This document shows, piece by piece, positions 7,413-11,477 of a stretch of 11,477 nt of DNA (position 1 is its first letter; each line of letters opens with the position of its first letter). The DNA comes from an uncultured Pseudomonadota bacterium. GTDB lineage: Bacteria; Myxococcota_A; UBA796; SXON01. A model generated the notes under the pieces. The model worked only from the letters and a program-made list of their open reading frames with translations. It had not been told where the DNA came from and made no database searches. Position numbers and translations under genes: made by a program. The stretch lies in contig CAITDR010000356.1 of assembly GCA_903891165.1 (NCBI GenBank), positions 1 through 11,477 of the forward strand, in the 5' to 3' direction.

Positions 7413-7492
7413 CGGGGCCGCCCTCTAACGGATTTTTGGGTTTTGTGGGGGGCTTCGCCCCCACGGCCCCTTCTTACCGAAGGACCGGTCAC

Positions 7493-7822
7493 TCAAAGGG
7501 ACCGCTCCTCCAAAGTCCCCTTCTGATGAACATAGTCATAGTGCAACGCCCGCAATACCGCTTCCGGCTCCCGGTCGATCACCGCAAGTAATACCTGCGC
7601 CGGCCCCTCCGGCACCCTCCGCCGTTGCTCCCACCCCCGGAGTGTTCCCACCGAAACGCCAAACACTGTCGCGAATTGCGACTGTGACATCCCGAGCCGG
7701 GCGCGCACGGTTGCAACATTGGTTCTCGGAACCTCGCGAATAACCGCACCTGTCTCAGCACCCTGCGTGTGTGCGAGCACTTCTTCCAGGGAAGCCTTCA
7801 GGTCTTCAAAGAGTTTGCTCAT
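7493..7822 (-). CDS. XRE-family helix-turn-helix transcriptional regulator, COG2944/YiaG-like (HigA-type antitoxin-like)
   Basis: The ORF is 109 aa from the ATG at 7822, with GGAGGT 8 nt upstream. The C-terminal HTH is RARLGMSQSQFATVFGVSVGTLRGWEQRRRVPEGPAQVLLAVIDREPEAV, characteristic of COG2944 antitoxin-type regulators. The ORF track extends it to a start at 7852. Confidence 0.75.
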   Translation of the reverse strand: MSKLFEDLKASLEEVLAHTQGAETGAVIREVPRTNVATVRARLGMSQSQFATVFGVSVGTLRGWEQRRRVPEGPAQVLLAVIDREPEAVLRALHYDYVHQKGTLEERSL

Positions 7823-7864
7823 CGGTTTGTACCTCCATGAGGTGGCGCGCATCCCGAAGAGGCC

Positions 7865-7879
7865 TACGTCAGTGACGTA
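7865..7879. promoter_or_regulatory. Perfect 15-bp palindrome TACGTCA-G-TGACGTA in the promoter region of the XRE regulator; candidate autoregulatory operator
   Basis: The two arms are exact reverse complements. The palindrome lies 43-57 bp upstream of the XRE ATG. A -35-like TTGACG on the minus strand (plus coordinates 7884..7889) abuts it. Confidence 0.35.
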
Positions 7880-7964
7880 TACCCGTCAAGGCAGTCGCCG
7901 TCGTCGTCCTGCCTCACGTGGAGTCCCTCGCGCCCCCGCGCGACATCCCCGGCGCTTCGCGCCG

Positions 7965-7983
7965 AAAAAAGCCCCGCCGGGGC
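7965..7983 (-). terminator. Intrinsic terminator downstream of tRNA-Ala
   Basis: On the minus strand the sequence reads GCCCCGGCGGGGC, a 6-bp GC stem, immediately followed by TTTTTTCGG. Confidence 0.5.
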
Positions 7984-8048
7984 CAGCCCATCCCCAAAAA
8001 ACGAAGAAGGCCTGACCAGATTTCTCCAGCCAGACCTTCTTGCCTTAG

Positions 8049-8124
8049 TGGTGGAGCTGAGGGGAATCGAACCCCTGACCCCCAGAATGCCATTCTGGTG
8101 CTCTCCCAACTGAGCTACAACCCC
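8049..8124 (-). tRNA. tRNA-Ala (anticodon GGC), 76 nt with encoded CCA
   Basis: The reverse complement is GGGGTTGTAGCTCAGTTGGGAGAGCACCAGAATGGCATTCTGGGGGTCAGGGGTTCGATTCCCCTCAGCTCCACCA. It folds as a cloverleaf with acceptor GGGGTTG/CAGCTCC carrying the Ala identity pair G3:U70 and discriminator A73. The anticodon loop is AUGGCAU (GGC) and the T-arm is GGTTCGATTCC. Confidence 0.9.
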
Positions 8125-8135
8125 AAGGCGACAGC

Positions 8136-8164
8136 CATTTATCGGGCTGGACGCACACGCGCAA
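8136..8164 (-). promoter_or_regulatory. Sigma70-like promoter for tRNA-Ala (TTGCGC - 17 nt - TAAATG)
   Basis: On the minus strand the -10 TAAATG ends about 11 nt before tRNA position +1. The -35 TTGCGC sits at the canonical 17-nt spacing. Confidence 0.4.
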
Positions 8165-8182
8165 GGCCTTGGTGCCGATTTT

Positions 8183-8509
8183 CTACTTCTCCTCTTTGGT
8201 CGAGGACTCTGGAGTCTCGGGTGTGGGGTCGCCCACCCGAAGGGCATCCTCGCCGCTGCGGATCCGTTGCTCCAGCTCCTCGATACGCTCGACGGTGCGC
8301 GCCAGACCGGGATGGGAGATGTCCTTGGAGTCGAGAAGGTTACGGACTTCCTTGCCTAATTTCTGGTAGAGGCGATCCCGATCCGTGCGGAGCTGGCGGA
8401 GGTGGAGCTGGTCGCGGCCTCGGCGGGCGGCCTTTTCCAGCTCCTCGCGGCCACGGCCAAGGAGGCGTCCCATGAGAGCACCGATCGGGGGGGAGTCATT
8501 TTCTGCCAA
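8183..8509 (-). CDS. Hypothetical small charged coiled-coil protein
   Basis: The ORF is 108 aa with a TTG start at 8509 and GGAGG 4 nt upstream. An alternative ATG lies at 8473. The sequence is R/E/L-rich and coiled-coil-like (EELEKAARRGRDQLHLRQLRTDRDRLYQKLGKEV...VERIEELEQRIRS) with an acidic tail. No family is recognised. Overlapping plus-strand ORFs are judged antisense artefacts. Confidence 0.5.
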   Translation of the reverse strand: MAENDSPPIGALMGRLLGRGREELEKAARRGRDQLHLRQLRTDRDRLYQKLGKEVRNLLDSKDISHPGLARTVERIEELEQRIRSGEDALRVGDPTPETPESSTKEEK

Positions 8510-8624
8510 AGCGCCTCCAAGACGGCCCCCATAACCCGCCCGGCGGCCAAAAACCCATGGCAGCCCCGGCGCCGGTGATTACATGCTGGTTCCGACCCCA
8601 AGGTCGGCCCCTTTTGGAGGATTT

Positions 8625-9989
8625 ATGGGTCTCTGGGACACGCTCAGTCAGCATGCAAAGGCACAGTTTCTCGATGTACTCCAGTGGCTGGACGATACCA
8701 AGAACACACTGGTCTACCGCTTCCCCGTCCACAACCAGGCCATCCAGGACGGTGGAAAGCTGGTTGTGCGCGAGGGGCAGGCCGCCGTCTTTGTGGCCGA
8801 AGGCAAGCTCTCCGATGTGTTTGCTCCGGGTAGCTACGAGCTTTCTACCCGCACCAAAGCCATCTCTGGCTTCTTCCAGAGTATCAAGTATGGCCTGAAT
8901 GCCCCCTACAAGGGCGACGTCTACTTCGTCTCCACCCGCCAGTTCACCGACCAGAAGTGGGGCACCGCCAACCCGATCATGATGCGCGACGCCGACTTCG
9001 GGGTGGTGCGCATCCGGGCCTTCGGCGTCTTCGCCTACCGCATCACCGATCCCGCCGTCTTCCTCCGCGAAGTGGTGGGGACGGCTGGCCTTTTCACCAC
9101 CGACGAGATCAATGCCCAGCTCAAGCGCAAGCTGGTGAGCGCACTCGCGGACACGATCGGGGAAACAAAAATCCCCGTCCTGGATCTGGTGGCCCACTAC
9201 ATGGATCTGGGCGATGCCATGCGCCAGCGCCTGACCGGCTGGTTCCAGGAAAACTACGGGATCACCCTCACCGATTTTGTGATCGAGAACATCTCCGTTC
9301 CGCCCGAAGTGGAGCAGATGATCGACAAGCGTTCGCAGATGGGTGCCGCTGGAAACCTGGATGCCTACGCCAAGTTTCAGATGGCAAATGCGCTTCCCGA
9401 TGCGATGAAGGCCCAAGGGGCCAGCAACCCCTTCATGCAGGCGGGCATGGGCTTGGCCATGGGCAATGTGGTGGGGCAGACCATCGGCCAGGCTGCTGCT
9501 TCGCCCGGCACTTTTACGCCCAACCAGGGTATCGGTGCAGGCACCCCGCCCCCCCCTCCCCCGCTGGAAACCCGCTACCACTACGCCGGGCCCGCCGGAC
9601 AGGGCCAGTACACCGCCAAGGAGATCGCCGCCTTTGTGGTGCAGAACCGCGACGGGGCGCACAACCTGTGGGCCAATGGCTGGCCGGGCTGGAAGCCCTG
9701 GAAGGAAGTGGGCGAAGTGGCCTCGCTGGTGCCGCCCCTGGCGCCGCCGCCTCCCACCACCGCCATCTACCACTACCATGGCCTGGACGGCGCAACGGCC
9801 CAACTTCCCGCTGTGGAAGTCGCCAACCGCCTGCGGAGTGATCCCAACGGCCGCCACCTGGTCTGGAAAGAAGGCATGGCAGGCTGGGTAGAGGCCAAGA
9901 CGGTGCCGGAGATCACCATGCTGCTGGGGGGTGGTGGACCTCCGCCTCCTCCCCCTCCCTCCGGTTTCCCGCCTCCGCCACCCCGATAG
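8625..9989 (+). CDS. SPFH/band-7 (stomatin-prohibitin-flotillin) domain protein, COG4260-like, with two C-terminal GYF-like DUF4339 domains separated by polyproline linkers
   Basis: The ORF is 454 aa from the ATG at 8625, with GGAGG 4 nt upstream. The N-terminal 230 aa match the conserved COG4260 SPFH family: FLDVLQWLDDTKNTLVYRFPV...VVREGQAAVFVAEGKLSDVF...KYGLNAPYKGDVYFVSTRQFTDQKWGT. The C-terminus has two ~50-aa repeats: RYHYAGPAGQGQYTAKEIAAFVVQNRDGAHNLWANGWPGWKPWKEV and IYHYHGLDGATAQLPAVEVANRLRSDPNGRHLVWKEGMAGWVEAKTV. These carry the DUF4339 signature (YY..G.......L........VWkeGM..W). Poly-Pro tracts (PPPPPPP) flank them, and the stop is TAG at 9987. Confidence 0.85.
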   Translation: MGLWDTLSQHAKAQFLDVLQWLDDTKNTLVYRFPVHNQAIQDGGKLVVREGQAAVFVAEGKLSDVFAPGSYELSTRTKAISGFFQSIKYGLNAPYKGDVYFVSTRQFTDQKWGTANPIMMRDADFGVVRIRAFGVFAYRITDPAVFLREVVGTAGLFTTDEINAQLKRKLVSALADTIGETKIPVLDLVAHYMDLGDAMRQRLTGWFQENYGITLTDFVIENISVPPEVEQMIDKRSQMGAAGNLDAYAKFQMANALPDAMKAQGASNPFMQAGMGLAMGNVVGQTIGQAAASPGTFTPNQGIGAGTPPPPPPLETRYHYAGPAGQGQYTAKEIAAFVVQNRDGAHNLWANGWPGWKPWKEVGEVASLVPPLAPPPPTTAIYHYHGLDGATAQLPAVEVANRLRSDPNGRHLVWKEGMAGWVEAKTVPEITMLLGGGGPPPPPPPSGFPPPPPR

Positions 9990-10028
9990 GTGGCCTTGAC
10001 GGGTCAATAGAAGATCAATCTCTCCCGA

Positions 10029-10068
10029 CGCCCCCGCCTGGAAAACCCGGCGGGGGCGCTGCTTTGGT
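10029..10068 (+). terminator. Intrinsic terminator candidate after the SPFH gene
   Basis: CGCCCCCGCCTGG-AAAA-CCCGGCGGGGGCG forms a 13-bp GC-rich stem with one mismatch. It is followed by CTGCTTTGGT, a weak U-tract. Confidence 0.45.
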
Positions 10069-10107
10069 AGCCCGCTTCTCCCCGTCACAAACCGTCACCA
10101 AAAGAGC

Positions 10108-10136
10108 TTCCCAATCGCAGCAAGATCGTCTATGAT
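10108..10136 (+). promoter_or_regulatory. Sigma70-like promoter for the MopE-repeat lipoprotein gene (TTCCCA - 17 nt - TATGAT)
   Basis: A near-consensus -10 TATGAT is at 10131..10136, 24 nt upstream of the ATG. The -35 TTCCCA sits at the correct spacing. Confidence 0.35.
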
Positions 10137-10159
10137 CAGCGCCTCTATGCGGGTCTACG

Positions 10160-11477
10160 ATGTTTCGTCTGCTGATCGGTCTGTCTCTGTTGTCTGTGGT
10201 TGGCTGTCGTCAGGGTGGAGAAGCCCAGAAAGATGATGATCCAAAGCTGGATACCGGCAATGGCACCCTCGCCGATGAAGATGGCGACGGCTGGACGACC
10301 TTAGACGGTGACTGCGACGACAACAATGCCCAGGTAAATCCAGGCACCGCAGAGATCTGCGATGGCCTGGACAATAACTGTGATGGCGTGGCAGACGAAA
10401 ACCTGGGCACCACCTGGTACCAGGATGCCGACGGCGACACCTACGGCGACCCCGCCACCGCCGAGACCAAGTGCCTACAGCCGGATGGATCGGTTCAGGA
10501 TGCCACCGACTGCAACGACGCCGACAACACGATCCACCCGGGCGCCGAAGAGAATTGCGAAGATCAAGTGGATCGCAATTGCGACGGATCGGCCGGCTAT
10601 TCCGACCTGGACGGCGACGGTGTGGCCGCCTGTAAGGACTGCAACGACAACGACGCGGCCGTCTCGCCCAACGCGCAGGAGATCTGCGACGCCGGGAATG
10701 TGGACGAAGACTGCGACAACCTCGCCGACGATGCCGATGCCTCCGTAGACACCAGCACCTACACCACCACCTACACCGACGCCGATGGCGACGGCTATGG
10801 CGACGATTCGACCGCCGTCACCGCTTGCGACGGTGGGACGGTGATCTTTGGCGGGGACTGTAACGACGCCGATGCCGCCTACTACCCCAGCGCCCCCGAG
10901 ACGGACTGCACAGACCCCAACGACTACAATTGTGATGGTGCAACCGGCTATACCGACGCAGATGGCGACGGCTACGCCGCCTGTCAGGAGTGCGACGACA
11001 GCACCGCCGCCGTCAACCCGGGCGCCACCGAACAGTGCAACTTCATTGACGACGACTGCGACGGAAGTGTGGACGAGGACGGCGTCGGTGCGGTCACCTG
11101 GTATGCCGACGTAGATAGCGATGGCTACGGCGATACCGCTACCGGCACCGTCGCCTGTAATGCCCCCGTTGGCTACATTTCAACGGGTGGCGACTGCGAC
11201 GATGCCGCTGCAGGCACCTACCCCGGCGCCGACGAATACTGCGACGGTGTGGACAATAACTGCGATGGAAGTATCGACGAAAATGCCCTGAACCCCTCGC
11301 TCTGGTACGTCGATGCCGACGGCGACAGCTTTGGGGACCCCAACAATACCGTGGCGGCCTGTGATCTGCCCGCGGGCGCCACCGCCGACGCGACCGATTG
11401 TGATGATAGCAACGCCACCATCTCCCCCGCCGGCACTGAAGTATGCAACGGCATCGACGACGATTGTGACGGCAGTA
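10160..11477 (+). CDS. Secreted lipoprotein built from tandem Cys-rich MopE-like putative metal-binding repeats with DxDxDG Ca-binding-type motifs; 5' partial, runs off the window
   Basis: The frame is open from the ATG at 10160 to the window end (at least 439 codons). I translated it codon by codon and found no stop. It is absent from the ORF track only because it has no stop in the window. It has a signal peptide with a lipobox, MFRLLIGLSLLSVVG|C. At least 7 repeats of 50-68 aa follow with the pattern D-A-DGDG-Y..(AC)..DC(D/N)D....(N/Y)PGA.E.CDG.DN(N/D)CDG. Listed ORFs in other frames and strands across this region are artefacts. Confidence 0.8.
   Translation, partial: MFRLLIGLSLLSVVGCRQGGEAQKDDDPKLDTGNGTLADEDGDGWTTLDGDCDDNNAQVNPGTAEICDGLDNNCDGVADENLGTTWYQDADGDTYGDPATAETKCLQPDGSVQDATDCNDADNTIHPGAEENCEDQVDRNCDGSAGYSDLDGDGVAACKDCNDNDAAVSPNAQEICDAGNVDEDCDNLADDADASVDTSTYTTTYTDADGDGYGDDSTAVTACDGGTVIFGGDCNDADAAYYPSAPETDCTDPNDYNCDGATGYTDADGDGYAACQECDDSTAAVNPGATEQCNFIDDDCDGSVDEDGVGAVTWYADVDSDGYGDTATGTVACNAPVGYISTGGDCDDAAAGTYPGADEYCDGVDNNCDGSIDENALNPSLWYVDADGDSFGDPNNTVAACDLPAGATADATDCDDSNATISPAGTEVCNGIDDDCDGS
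10274..11477 (+). repeat. Degenerate tandem coding repeats of 150-204 bp underlying the MopE-like protein repeats
   Basis: Recurrent GA(C/T)GC.GA(C/T)GGCGACGGCTA(C/T)GG units lie at about 10274, 10424, 10604, 10778, 10955, 11108 and 11312. The period is variable and diverged, and these are not CRISPR-like. Confidence 0.6.

Noticed and set aside
7853-8048. Search for a HigB/RelE-like toxin partner of the XRE antitoxin-like gene
   Set aside because: Only a 26-aa ATG ORF (MGWPRRGFFRREAPGMSRGGARDST) and a 10-aa ORF exist in the gap. That is too short for a RelE-fold toxin. The region is instead occupied by a terminator and promoter elements.
7413-8180. Integrated mobile element at the tRNA-Ala 3' end
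   Set aside because: No integrase, recombinase or transposase is present, and I saw no direct repeat of the tRNA 3' end. Only the orphan antitoxin-like gene hints at this. The question is kept as a low-interest finding instead.
7864-8247. 127-aa minus-strand ORF and 7918..8475 plus ORF
   Set aside because: Both run straight through the tRNA-Ala gene and its promoter and terminator. A tRNA gene takes precedence.
8496-10088. 530-aa ORF on the minus strand, the longest in the region, fully antisense to the SPFH gene
   Set aside because: Its product is low-complexity G/R/P-rich with no motifs. The opposite strand encodes a strongly conserved SPFH protein with an SD and an ATG. Long stop-free antisense frames are expected at this GC content.
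10210-11454. ORFs 10210..10440 (-), 10362..10748 (+), 10848..11114 (+) and 11218..11454 (-) in the right-hand 1.3 kb
   Set aside because: All are out of frame or antisense to a continuous frame, open for at least 439 codons, that encodes coherent MopE-like Cys-rich repeats starting with a lipoprotein signal peptide.
10274-11477. Possible CRISPR array or other non-coding tandem repeat
   Set aside because: The repeats are 150-204 bp, degenerate, of variable period and in frame with a protein repeat. There are no short identical direct repeats with unique spacers, and no cas genes.

Overview
This is a very GC-rich bacterial chromosomal window, probably from a didermic (LPS-making) organism. Shine-Dalgarno GGAGG motifs, frequent GTG/TTG starts and long spurious antisense ORFs are typical of such DNA. 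Most of the window is a lipid A / LPS biogenesis and decoration neighbourhood on the minus strand. Reading 5'->3' on that strand it holds a GT2 polyprenyl-phosphate glycosyltransferase (6738..7412), an ArnT/PMT-like (COG1807) membrane glycosyltransferase (5317..~6741) and an MsbA-type ABC lipid exporter (3606..5327). A divergent RDD-family membrane protein on the plus strand (2670..3596) interrupts the run. It continues with an alkyltransferase-like (ATL, Cys-less MGMT-family) protein (2293..2619) and a single 694-aa ORF fusing Kdo transferase WaaA/KdtA to lipid A 4'-kinase LpxK (199..2283). To the right lie a small XRE/COG2944 antitoxin-like HTH regulator with a perfect 15-bp palindrome in its promoter, a tRNA-Ala(GGC) with its own promoter and intrinsic terminator, and a small coiled-coil hypothetical protein. 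After these come an SPFH/band-7 protein fused to two C-terminal GYF-like (DUF4339) domains with polyproline linkers, and the 5' part (at least 439 aa, running off the window) of a lipoprotein built from at least 7 tandem Cys-rich MopE-like repeats carrying DxDxDG motifs. No CRISPR array, integrase, transposase or obvious mobile element is present. The findings most worth follow-up are the WaaA-LpxK fusion and the Arn-like two-glycosyltransferase module coupled to msbA.
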